Assembly: GCF_009914755.1 (NCBI RefSeq)
Contig: NC_060925.1
Length of the DNA stretch: 64,000 nucleotides
From: the human T2T-CHM13v2.0 reference genome, Homo sapiens
Direction: 5' to 3' (one strand)
Of the stretch, positions 41,352-52,598 are shown one piece after another. The notes under the pieces were generated by a model. The model had not been told where the DNA came from and searched no databases. It saw only the letters and a list, made by a program, of their open reading frames with translations. Position 1 is the first letter of the stretch. Every line of letters starts with the position of its first letter. Made by a program: the position numbers and the translations under genes.

Positions 41352-41778
41352 TGTCAGGCCTCTGAGCCCAAGCTAAGCCGTCATATCCCCTGTGACTTGC
41401 ATGTATACATCCAGATGGCCTGAAGCAACTGAAGATCCACAGAAGAAAATAGCCTTAACTGATGACATTCCACCACTGCGATTTGTTTCTGCCCCACCCT
41501 AACTGATCAATGTACTTTGTAATCTCCCCAACCCTTAAGAAGGTTCTTTGTAATTCTCCCCACCCTTGAGAATGTACTCGTGAGATCCACCCCCTGCCCA
41601 CAAAACATTGCTCCTAACTCCACTGTCTATCCCAAAACCTGTAAGAACTAATGATAATCCCATCACCCTTTGCTGACTCTCTTTTTGGACTCAGCCTGCC
41701 TGCACCTAGGTAAAATAAACAGCTTTATTACTCACACGAAGCCTGTTTGGTGGTCTCTTCACACGAACGCATGAGACA
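41352..41778 (+). terminator. 3' LTR (LTR7 family) with poly(A) signal
   Basis: Copy of the 5' LTR. AATAAA at 41714-41719; TATA changed to TGTAA (41640-41644). Confidence 0.9.
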
Positions 41779-42812
41779 AAAAGTGGTTTATTTTGGTTCA
41801 TGGTTCTGCAGGCTATACAAGATGCATGGTGCTGGCATCTGCTGCTGGTGAGGGCTTTGGGAAGCTTCTAATCATGGTGGAAGGTGAAGGAGGAACAGGC
41901 GCATCATGTAGTAAGAGCAGAACAAGGGCTGGGGGCGGCAGGGTGGGTTTCATGTTCCTTTAAACAACCAGATCTCACATGAACTATCTGAGCAAGAGCT
42001 CACCTATCATCAAGAGGATGTCACTAAACCATTCATGAGGAATCCACCCCCATGACCTAATTACCTTACACCAGGCTCCACCTCTAACATTGGAGATTAC
42101 GTTGCAACATGAGATTTGGAGGGGATACACTTCTAAACCATATCATAAAGTGAATAATTATGGATGGATGATGGTTGAAGAATGTGAAAATTCTGTATTA
42201 TATCATGTTAATCTTTCCTGATCTGTGTTCTGTGAGGTCTCTCATATCTTAATTGGTATCCTAAGGGAAAAAAAGTGTTCTGAGTCTTAAAAGGTGCAGC
42301 AAAACTATGTTAAACTAATTCAATATTTGGATTTGTGTTTTTTAGAATGGCAATAATTCTCCAAACTTTTATATATTAAAATATTTTGACTGGCTGACTC
42401 AAGTCTATGGTGTAGTTGGAGTGTGAGAATGAGTGAACTATGTAGGATTTCTAAAAAGAACTCTACTTATAGAATGCCTTTATTAATTTATTTTTTTTCA
42501 AATAGGGCCCTATTACTAGCAATCAGAATACTTGTATTCAAAATACTAGAATACAATATGGAGAATACTGATACTGATTTTAAAAATATACCCCTAAGTA
42601 AAGCTATAAGAGCATAAAATAGTTACCTAGCTCATATAATTTGGGATTTTTATGGCTTTTATTGCTTTAACTAAATTGTTCTTTGGTGCAATTTTATTGG
42701 TCTACACTCAAGGACACTACAGGCAACAGTCCTATAAAATGCTTTGCTTTGTCTAATGTAAGGATATTATTGTGATATATAGATAATAGCAAGAGTGTAA
42801 AACTTATGGCAG

Positions 42813-42947
42813 GGCTGGGGGCTAGAGGAGGGATAGCATTTGGAGAAATACCTAATGTAGATGACAAGTTGATGGGTGCAGCAAACCACCACGGCACATG
42901 TATACCTATGTAACAAATCTGCACATTCTGCACATGTATCCCAGAAC
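42813..42947 (+). mobile_element. L1 3' UTR fragment (L1PA7/8-like) without its own poly(A)
   Basis: 'gagggatagcatt.ggagaaatacctaatgtagatgac..gttgatgggtgcagcaaaccacca.ggcacatgtatacctatgtaacaaa.ctgcac...tcccagaac'. Confidence 0.88.
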
Positions 42948-43235
42948 CGGGCGCAGTGGCTCACGCCTGTAATCCGAGCACTTTGGGAGGCCGAGGCGGG
43001 GGGATCACAAGGTCAGGAGATCGAGACCATCCTGGTGAACACGGTGAAACCCTGTCTCTACTAAAAATACAAAAATATTAGCTGGGCGTGGCGGCGGGCA
43101 CCTGTAGTCCCAGCTACTCAGGAGGCTGAGGCAGGAGAATGGCGTGAACCCGGTAGGCAGAGCTTGCAGTGAGCCAAGATGGCACCACTGCACTCCAGCC
43201 TGGGAGACTCCATCTCAAAAAAACAAACAAAAACA

Positions 43236-43265
<30 letters not shown>
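42947..43265 (+). mobile_element. AluY
   Basis: AluY diagnostics 'ggtcaggagatcgagaccatc', 'agaatggcgtgaacccgg' and 'gagcttgcagtgag'. ~10-nt deletion before 'agactccatctc'; A/CAAA-patterned tail. Confidence 0.93.
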
Positions 43266-43269
<4 letters not shown>

Positions 43270-43271
43270 CT

Positions 43272-43797
43272 TATGGCAGATTGTATTTTCTAAAAAGGAC
43301 CTCAATAATATTCCCATTCCCACATGCTCTTATGCAATGTGACCTTGTTAGTATTCCATTAAGAGATGGATCTATTTCTCCTTCCTCCTAAGTCTGGGTG
43401 GGCTTTGTGACTGACTGCTTTCACAAAAGTAAGTGATATGACTTCTGAGGTTAGGTAATAAGAAGGTTTTCAGTCTCTACTAGAACCTTTTGTAATGCTT
43501 GCTTTCAGGATGCTCCCTCAAGAATCCCAGAATCTATGCTGTGTGAAACCCAAATAACATGGAGAGACCATAAATGGGTGTTTGGTGGGCAGCCGCTGTC
43601 AAGATTACAGTCGACAGCCATGTCAGATCACTGTAGCCTCAGTTAATATCTGACCACAGCTGCATGAGAAACTCTGGGTGATAACTACACTGCTGAGGCC
43701 AATCAACCAACAGAAATGTGAGAAACAATAATGAATCACTGTTTTAAGGCACTTGATTCAGGAGTGGTTTTGTTACACAGCAACAGATAACAGGACA
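43272..43797 (+). mobile_element. MaLR solo LTR (MLT1H-like)
   Basis: 'tggcagattgtattttc...cccacatgctctt..gcaatgtgacctt' start and 'gttacacagcaacagataacaggaca' end. Confidence 0.65.
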
Positions 43798-44747
43798 GAA
43801 CTTAAGTGAATAAAGCACTCATATTTTATTAAAGTTTTTACCTCCATTTTATGACAGTACCCTTGTTTTTCCTTTGACTCTACTCTCTTGTTTTATATTT
43901 GTATTATCCAGTTTATATTTTATCCATCTTTGTAAAGCACCTTAAATTCATTTTGTAAAATGACCATATGTACATAATTATTTATGTAAGAAATTCACAT
44001 CATGTCCAAGTCAAAAATATACATATTAATCCATTTACCTTTTCTGAGTCTCACAAAGAAAATGGGAGGATACTAAGAAGTAATATTACACTTCTGCTTT
44101 CAAGGAAATGGAGCTTTGGGGAGCAAGCAAGAGCTTCCTATTTGTTAGTGCTATTGGAGCAAGTAGAAAAAAATGTTTGGCTATGTAGACTTATTCAGCT
44201 TATTCTATCTATGAATGCAAATTTGTTTGGAAAAAAATCACACAATGCTAAGTATGTCTTATACTTTAGTGCATAGAAGAATGAAGAAATATGTTTCTAA
44301 TCTCTGAAGCATTCTTCATCAAAATAACAAGATTGGCAGATGAGGATGGCAGATATAATGGAAATCTGGATTCTCAAATTAGCAAATAATAAAATTTCTA
44401 GTTAATTTTTATCTAAAAAATTTGTAATATCTAGTTTACTAAATATGGAAGCTAGAAATTACCTTTATGTAACAAAGAAATCTATTGTTCAGGAAACAAT
44501 GCAGAACATTTAAATAGCATAAATAGGTAAAGCCAAATGCATTTTACAAACAAGTAATTGGTATTTATTAAAGAATATTTCTTCTTTTCTATTGGCAATT
44601 CCCTTATCAGTTTTTCTCAAGTATTAAAATAGCTCATTTGCTTTTTCCTTTAAAGATATCAGGATTGTGTTTTAAAGGAGCATGCTTTCTGTCATCTTAA
44701 ATTAGGCAAGAGTAAATGAAATGACTGGAAAGTGTCCTGAACCGAGA

Positions 44748-44858
44748 ATATATACATTTATCCTTTATATATATATTCTTTATATATATTTATCCTTTAT
44801 ATACATATTCTTTATATATATTTATCCTTTATATATATATTCTTTATATATATATAAT
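44748..44858. repeat. AT-rich degenerate tandem repeat (TTTATCCTTTATATA.. / TATATTCTTTATATA..)
   Basis: About three units of ~30 nt, visible directly. Confidence 0.8.
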
Positions 44859-45544
44859 ACGCTGAAAAAAGTACCCAAATGCCAGTGTAAATTTTTTCCT
44901 TATTTATGGTAGTACGTGGAAAGCTGAGAATAATAAAATGTCTTTGTTTATGTGCACTATGTTTAAAGAAGAGAAAATATTTTTTAGCTTCATGTAAATG
45001 CTAATAATAATTATATTTAAATAAAAATATATTGATGAAAATTTTTTACAGTAAAACCACTTTAATTGTAACTGAAGTACATTAGCACCTGCAGGGGCAG
45101 GATTTCTGTGTATACAGAGAATGTGGGACCTGGGCTGCAACCGCACTCCAGAGAACACATCAACAAAGTTGAACATTTAAACTTCTTTTTGGCATACTTC
45201 CAGCTCCATATTAGAGGGCAATGAAACTTGAAGTTGGAGTTTTTGGGTGGGGTGAAATGGGGGGGCGGTGGGAGAAACTAGATTGGGGGATGATAGAAAA
45301 TAAAGAAAGTAAATCTACAGTTTGACTTTATTATTATTCACTTTTGTTTTTACTGTTTCCTTGCTTGTTTCAGAAATAACTTGCTGATAAATCAATAATG
45401 TGGAGATCTTCACTTTGAACAAGATATTTATGTTTATTTTTTCTCAGTTTTCATGATTTTTACTGGTTAACTCCACCACATACTGAGAACAGTCACTAGT
45501 ACCTGGTAAGTGCATGGTCAGTAATTGTTCATGAGGGTTAGAAT

Positions 45545-45795
45545 AACAATAGCTAATACTTAGATACCACGTGCCATGTGCTAATCATTGTATTAATTGT
45601 CTTCCATATATTAAGTGATTTAATTCTGAAAACAACATTATATCATTGTTATCTCTATTTCCTAGGTGATAAACTGAGGTCTAGGGTTGTAACTTGCCCA
45701 AGGTTATACAACCAACTCTGTTAGGAAGGGAATTCTAGCCAAGGTGGTCTGACTGCAGAATCTGAGCTTGCATCCACACCGCTGTTACTGCCTCT
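45545..45795. mobile_element. MIR SINE
   Basis: 'aaactgaggtctagg...taacttgcccaaggtt...tctgactgcagaatc'. Confidence 0.6.
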
Positions 45796-47408
45796 CTGAA
45801 AGTAAAGTTCTAAAATGTGAGAGGTGATTGTTTATTTACACACCCCTTTAGGAGAATCTGAGAAATTGATCTGAGTGGGAAGATAAAATTGGGGAGCATT
45901 TAGGTGGCTCTGCAGAGAAGTTGGCAGCACTTGAGGAACAAGAAACACTGTTGTTTTGAATAATTACATTCCTCACTTGGGTCATCTAAGGTCTTGCAGA
46001 AAAGCCTCCTGCATTAGACTGAGTGAAAGTTGTAGTTGTCATGATTGCCGTGTGGGCTGAAGTGACAGAATAAATGACCTCACTGGCACAGTGCCGCTCT
46101 CCAGGAGCCAGGATGCACAGAAAAGCAGGGGAATTTTAGGGTAATTCGAGCGATATTTGCAGTGGTGGCGACACATGGCTGTTTCTTCACAGCAGGCAGC
46201 AGTAGCAGGGAGTCTTTTTTAGGGCTCTGTTCTTATCACCTAAAACTTCCAAAGCTTAACTGACTGCCAAGATAATTAACCCCCCTGCATACTGAAGGTT
46301 CTTTTAGATCCACTTTCTGATACATTAAGGAAAAGAAAGAAAATAATCATTTTCAGGTTGAGCTGCCTGGCCCTTAGATGTTGATATACAGCAAATTGCA
46401 GCCTGATAGGAAATAAAACCACATTTCTTAAGGACAATTTTGAAAGAAACCTATTATTTTTTCCCTTATTTTTGAGGGCATAAAATTGTAATATACTTTG
46501 TAGACCTTATTATTTACATTGCCTCAAATGGGGGGTTGGAATTAGAAACATAGTACATTGGCACCAGAAGAGATCCGTTGCAGCTAAACTAACCCTCTCA
46601 TTTTATATTAATCATAACTATCACACAAACCTGTGATGTGCAATGTCTGAATGAAATACCAGGTAAAATGTTCTGCACTTTCAGATTGCTTACCAATCTT
46701 AATGCTTGCTCAAGCCATCAATGTAGGGTAAATAATTCAAATCCTTTTCACTTAAATGAAAATGCTCAAGGAGCTTTGTGGATCTCAAATCCATAGTATG
46801 ATTTTCACTGAATACTTACTAGAAACATCAAACAACCTTTATATCAATGAAAGGGTTATGATGTTTTGGCTCATCAACATGGGTCCACATTCATCTTAAG
46901 AAAAAAAACAACATTAGCATTTGGTATTTTCAACAACAAAACCAAGCCGTATGGCATAGGGAACATTATTTTTGAAAGGCAGTGAGCTCTTCCAATATAT
47001 TATTGCATTAGTTCAGATTGTATATCAGCTGTGCAATTATGGTACATCCTCAATACAAAATATTATTCAGCCATTAAATGAATTAATGGGCTATACTTGT
47101 TAATTTAGCAAGTGAGAAAAGCAGGTAACGTAGGCATTATTATAATGTGATGTCATATTAACGTTCTCAATAAGATGATATGAACAGGAAGAACAATATG
47201 CAAGAATATATGCCAGTTGGTTAACATGAATTGCCTGGTTGAGGGTGTGAGTAGGAATGGGGGATGGGAATAAATGTGCAAGGAAAGGGCAGCGAAGCGA
47301 GAGAAAAAGAATAAAAACACATTAACTTAAAACTTATGCTATGCACTTATTTCAAATCACAGATGCATGTAGAAAAGACATTAAAATCCCATGTTAAAAA
47401 AGTATGTC

Positions 47409-47701
47409 GGCTGGGTGCGGTGGCTTAAGACTGTAATCCCAGCACTTTGGGAGGACAAGGCGGGCTGATCACGAGGTCAAGAGATTGAGACCATCCTGGC
47501 CATGATGGAGAAACCCCGTCTCTACTAAAATTACAAAAAAATTAGCTGGGCGTGGTGGCGCGTGCCTGTAATCCTAGCTACTCAGGAGGTGGAGGTAAGA
47601 GAATCACTTGAACTCAGGAGGTGGAGGTTGCAGTGAGCCGAGATAGTGCCATTGCACTCCAGCCTGGGCAACAAGGGCAAGACTCGGTGTCAAAGAAAAA
47701 A
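47409..47701 (+). mobile_element. AluS (Sc-like) with 14-bp TSD
   Basis: 'gatcacgaggtcaagagattgagaccatcctggcc'; TSD TAAAAAAGTATGTC at 47395-47408 and 47702-47715. Confidence 0.93.
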
Positions 47702-49888
47702 TAAAAAAGTATGTCATGCTTCCTCTAGCCTCAGGAGAACATAACTGTAAACTGGAATATTATCCTTACACTATACAAATGTATAGCTGTGGAATATACC
47801 CTACAGAGGCAGAAAGCTTGGGTATGAATCCAGCCATTTTCAATCCTTATCTGAGTCTGAGCAAGTTTGTGAGAGCTCCTATAGGGGAGCAGCAGGAGCT
47901 GTAGCTTTGAGTTTGAAAACTAACTTTGCTATTTCCTACCTGTGTGACATTAGACACTTTTCACGTTGAAAAGATAAGGATAGAATTGCATATGTTAGTG
48001 TGAGAATTAAATGGGATAGCACAGTTTAACTATTTAAAACTGTATCAACGTTCAAGAAAGAAATATTTTCTTTAAATGCCTTTACCAAGTTATTTAACTC
48101 CTATCTGTAATCTAAAACCTAGGAACTTGAAGCTTGAGCACTGAATGATGACTTTACAATGATTCTTATTAAGTGTTATGTTATCATGTACACCCTGTAA
48201 GTGCTATAGTGGTAGCGATTGTGGAAATTAATAAGGACCAAATTGACCAGAGAGCTTCATAATGTGAAGTCTTGAATGATGGGTAAAATTTGCATTGAGA
48301 AGACATTCCAGGTAGGGGGAAAACTTGAACAATGGGGTACTATTTCTGGATTCATACTGAATTCATAATTCATGCTTCCCTCAAAAATTTCATGTTGGAG
48401 AAATTAGACAATAATGTGATACATACAAATGGGTCCTATTTTGTAGGGCAGTGAAGATGTGTGTAGAAAGTTAGATAGAATATATAGAAAATTAATGATG
48501 CAGAGTCAGCATTTAATTTTATGGGGCTAGCATTAAATTGAAAAGGACTGAATAAATGATGTCATCATCAAATTATGAAAGGCTTATTAGTTATGCCTAG
48601 TATGAAGATTGTGGATTATTTGTTTATAGACCCTCATGTTATTTCTAATTATTATATTGCATGTAAATAAAATTTTCCCAACTACAGTGTAATCGGTTGA
48701 CGAACAGATATTTTTTATTAGGGGATTATTACATCTCTAGTTAATAGCAAGTTTTCACACAGTCAGAGAATTTATCTTATACTTCCCTGGTGTCTGTCCA
48801 TCTCATTGCTTTAGGCCAAGCTTAAAGTATTAAGTTATTTGATTGAATCTTCTGAGATTTTATAACTCCCCCTTTGTTTGTTTGTGAAGAAGAGTTTGTA
48901 ATTTAGTATTTACTGATGATCTTGTGACATATTTTACAGGTTAAGGTGGTTGAGTCTCAAATCTTAATATTTACCTAACTCACTATCAAATGAGGAAGTG
49001 GAATAAGGAATAACATGAGGAAAGACAACCAAATGGAAAATGAAGCATAACTTTATTATTTTGGTAAGCTCCTTACAAATCCTCCAAAAATGTCTTTTCT
49101 GAAAAAACTGAATTGAATAATATATGCTCAAAGCTATATTGCTCACCTAATTACTCTGCCTTCTCTACTTTACTAATTTGAAGTTGCTGGGTCATCCCTT
49201 TCCACCTAATTGCATGGTGTGTGTGAGACAAGCATGAAAGGCTTGGCTAAGTGGGCTTCCAGAACGGAATAGGTAAAGCAAAAGAGCAAAGGCCAGATTG
49301 TTCAGAGGGTGCAGACCTCTTATGACATCAAACATGTGGTCAGGAAGCAACAGAAAATAAGTAACATCGATTCAGGAAACCCAAAATAAAAAGGGTACCT
49401 GTGTTTAAGAAATAACAGAACACCATCCAGTGAATGTCCTGAGCTGGGCTGAATAATTACAATACAGTGTAATAAATGTTAAATAGATAAGTACTAGATA
49501 GAGTGGTGAGACAAAGGTAGAAATGATTAATTCCTTGTGTGAGTCAGAGAAGGCTTCCTAAAGAAAGATGCATTAAGGGCAAGTAATATTTGCCAGAGTA
49601 ATGATTGTCACAAGGACGAAATTCCAGAAAAGGGGAATTCGGTAAACCATGGCAAATTTGGGGAAAGGTAAAGTGTTTGGTATAACTGAATAAACTTGTC
49701 AGGCAAAAATGAAAACTGGGGAGGAAAGTAGATATGAGAAGCTCTTAACTGTCATACTAACAAATATAAGCTTTGTCCAATGATATCTATGAAAAGGTGG
49801 ATGAAAAGAAGACAGTTGGGTGAGTGCTTGCCCTAATGATCTGAACAGTAGTTCATCTCCAAAGATCTTATTACATAAATATTTCCAT

Positions 49889-50399
49889 CGTATTCATTCC
49901 TAATGGCTGCTGTAACAAATTATTCACAAACTCGGCTTAAGACACCATAAACTTATTATCTTATAGGTCTGGAGTTTAGAAGTCTGAAATAGGTTTCCCT
50001 GAGCTAAAACAAAGTTATCAGCAGGGCTGACTCCCTTCTGGAGATGCCAGGGAAGAATACATTTCAAGCCTTTTTCTGCTTCTAGAGGCTGTCCTCATTT
50101 CTTGGTTTGTGGAGTTCCATTTCAATGCCAGCAATGGCTGGTAGAGTCTGCGCCACACTGCATCACTGTAACTCCTGCCCTTCTTCTGAATCTCTCCTTC
50201 ACTTATAAGGACATTGTGATGACACTGGGCCCACCCGGATAATCTAGAATCATCTCCTCATCTCAAGGTCAGCTGATTAATAGCCTTAATTTCATCTGCA
50301 ACTTTAATTCTCCTCACCATGTAATCTACCATATTAAGAGGTTCTGAAGATTAGGGCATGGACATTTTTTTGGGAGGGGGCATTATTCTGTCTACCACG
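49889..50399 (-). mobile_element. MaLR solo LTR (MLT1C/D-like)
   Basis: 'gctgctgtaacaaatta...ctggag..tagaagtctgaaat...gcccacccggataatc...attctgtctaccac'. Confidence 0.7.
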
Positions 50400-50624
50400 G
50401 GAAGTTTTGAATATATCTATTAAACAGATGAGTATTTTCAATATCACATTTCTATAACATTATCCTGCAATGGCACTGATAATAATAGGTCACAGGCTTA
50501 CCATGTAAGAAATTAGAAGATAATGAGAAGTTATTATCATGGATTCCCTAAAAATGTAAAAGACCCTTGGCAGGTAGCTCATCTTTCTTGAGAACAGGAA
50601 TTCAGCAAAGCTGTAGCGGAATTA

Positions 50625-52015
50625 CTTCATTTAGATAACATTTTATTTGTTAGAGCAAGATTTGGCAGACTTCATTTCAACAGCTGGAGGAATTAATTTA
50701 AAATCACAAATTTAGTGTATTGGCACACTTTTACAGGTCGGCAAAGAAAAATTACCTATTTTTGAGATCAAAATCACTGCTTATACATTTTAATGAGAAG
50801 ATTTAAAGACAGATAGAAGCTATATATTTAAGCAGATATGATTTAATAGATAGTAGAAAACTGTCAGAAAATGGATCCACTGTGAAAACCTCTACAGTTC
50901 TCCATGATTTCTTTGTTAACAATAACAATTTTAAATGTGTTTACACATTGTTAACAATAACAATTTTAAGTGTGTACTTTTCTGAACAGAAAAAATAGCA
51001 ATTCACTTTATAAATACTTTCATATTTACAATACCCCTTTAAAAATAGTAAATTAAAGGGAATATTGCAATGTGAACTGTGATATTTCTAAAATTAAAAA
51101 TAATAAAGGATTCAAATATACTAATGAGATAGTATAACTTTCACTTCACTGAAAGGTAATAGAATACTTCAGCTTTATTACACTGTTTTTACATTGATAG
51201 GTATAAACAATATTATATCTTGACACATTTATATTTTACTGATTAACTATCCAAAGTCACAATCTGTGAAATAAGTAAGGAAATAGTATATATCTCAGTC
51301 TAACCTTAGAAACAGATTTTTTTCACTTTTTTTTTTTCAATTTGTGGAGGTAAACCTTTTTGTTTTTTTTAGAATATTAGAAAAAGAAACAGATTTAGCA
51401 AACAGAAGTCTAAGTTGTTTTAGTGGACATTTAAGTTCAGAACAATTCACAAAATGGTAAAATGTGTTTCTTCAATTCTTTATTTTATGTCAACAATTTC
51501 TCAGCTAGTCTACAGAAAAAACAGTTCATTCAAAATACATCTTATCATTCCCTTTTCACTGTTTGATATTCTGCCCCTTCATTCTCTTATGTTCCACTTT
51601 CTGTAATGGAGCTCATTACCGAGGTGGTAGGGGACTAGTTTCAAAGGCAACACGAGTCACAGAAATATCAAGCCAGTGGTTTCCTTCAGGACATTCATAT
51701 ACTTCTCGTGTTAGAAAGAAAATCTTTCCTTGGGTGCAGTGATATCACTCCTGAGAAACCAATTACTTTCCAAATATCTGCAATACTATTTTTGACAGAA
51801 CTATTTCACATAGAAAAACATAGTATATCTATATGATACATAATTTTACCTTATTATCTACAGTTCCTATAGCATAAACAGAAAAACTGATTTAAAATAC
51901 TTTTTGTCTAGTAGTTAATAATTGGATAATTTGATGAGTCATTTTTATACATTGGTCATCCACAGCTTGGAATTTTTATTTTTGTGCAGTTGTAATTATC
52001 CACCATTCTCTATGT
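50625..52015 (-). other. ADGRL4: ADGRL4 3' UTR (distal end approximate)
   Basis: AU-rich, repeat-free sequence between the TAA stop and the distal poly(A) signal. Confidence 0.65.
50642..50647 (-). terminator. ADGRL4: Probable distal ADGRL4 polyadenylation signal AATAAA
   Basis: AATAAA on the minus strand ~1.37 kb after the stop codon. Other AATAAA at 51975-51980, 51479-51484 and 51174-51179. Confidence 0.6.
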
Positions 52016-52078
52016 TTACCTTAAACATCCAAAACAACAGGGGACATTTTTGAACAATCTGTAATATTCTTCTTGAAT
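52016..52078 (-). CDS. ADGRL4: ADGRL4/ELTD1 last coding exon (C-terminal tail)
   Basis: Acceptor ttttag| followed by IQEEYYRLFKNVPCCFGCLR*. Confidence 0.96.
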   Translation of the reverse strand: MQEEYYRLFKNVPCCFGCLR

Positions 52079-52304
52079 CTAAAAATTAAAAAAAGGAAAG
52101 GAAGAAATGTTAATCATAACAATCACATTTAATTTCTTTTTCAAATCACAATAAATTGTTACATATGGTTTTCTAAAGTATTATAGCTCAGAATATGTCC
52201 ATTTAAGTTATATTTATATCCCTAATACCAAGGTTCTTTTAAAAGCATATTTTCCTATGAACAGCTAGGCGATTTAGGCAATAAAGGCAGAAGTCATAAA
52301 TCTA

Positions 52305-52598
<294 letters not shown>

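Larger units (their letters stand above)
33050..41778 (+). mobile_element. HERV-H provirus, undeleted env-containing type (8729 bp)
   Basis: TG..CA LTRs; TSD AAAAG at 33045-33049 and 41779-41783; PBS at 33485-33502; gag, pro, pol and env remnants; polypurine tract at 41337-41351. Confidence 0.97.
30892..42145 (-). mobile_element. Complete MaLR element (MSTB-like LTR - MST-int - LTR), with the 5' LTR split by HERV-H
   Basis: 3' LTR 30892-31316; internal region 31317-32984; 5' LTR 32985-33049 plus 41784-42145. Both LTRs share 'tgctataaa..aatac.tgagac.gg.taatttataa.gaaaagtggtttattttgg...ctaaacca.at'. Confidence 0.85.

Noticed and set aside
30887-42150. TSD for the MaLR element
   Set aside because: The flanks TGGCA and TAAAG do not match, so the TSD cannot be supported; the join rests on LTR similarity only.
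44748-44858. Repeat-spacer (CRISPR-like) pattern
   Set aside because: A low-complexity TA-derived minisatellite in eukaryotic DNA, with no unique spacers and no cas genes.
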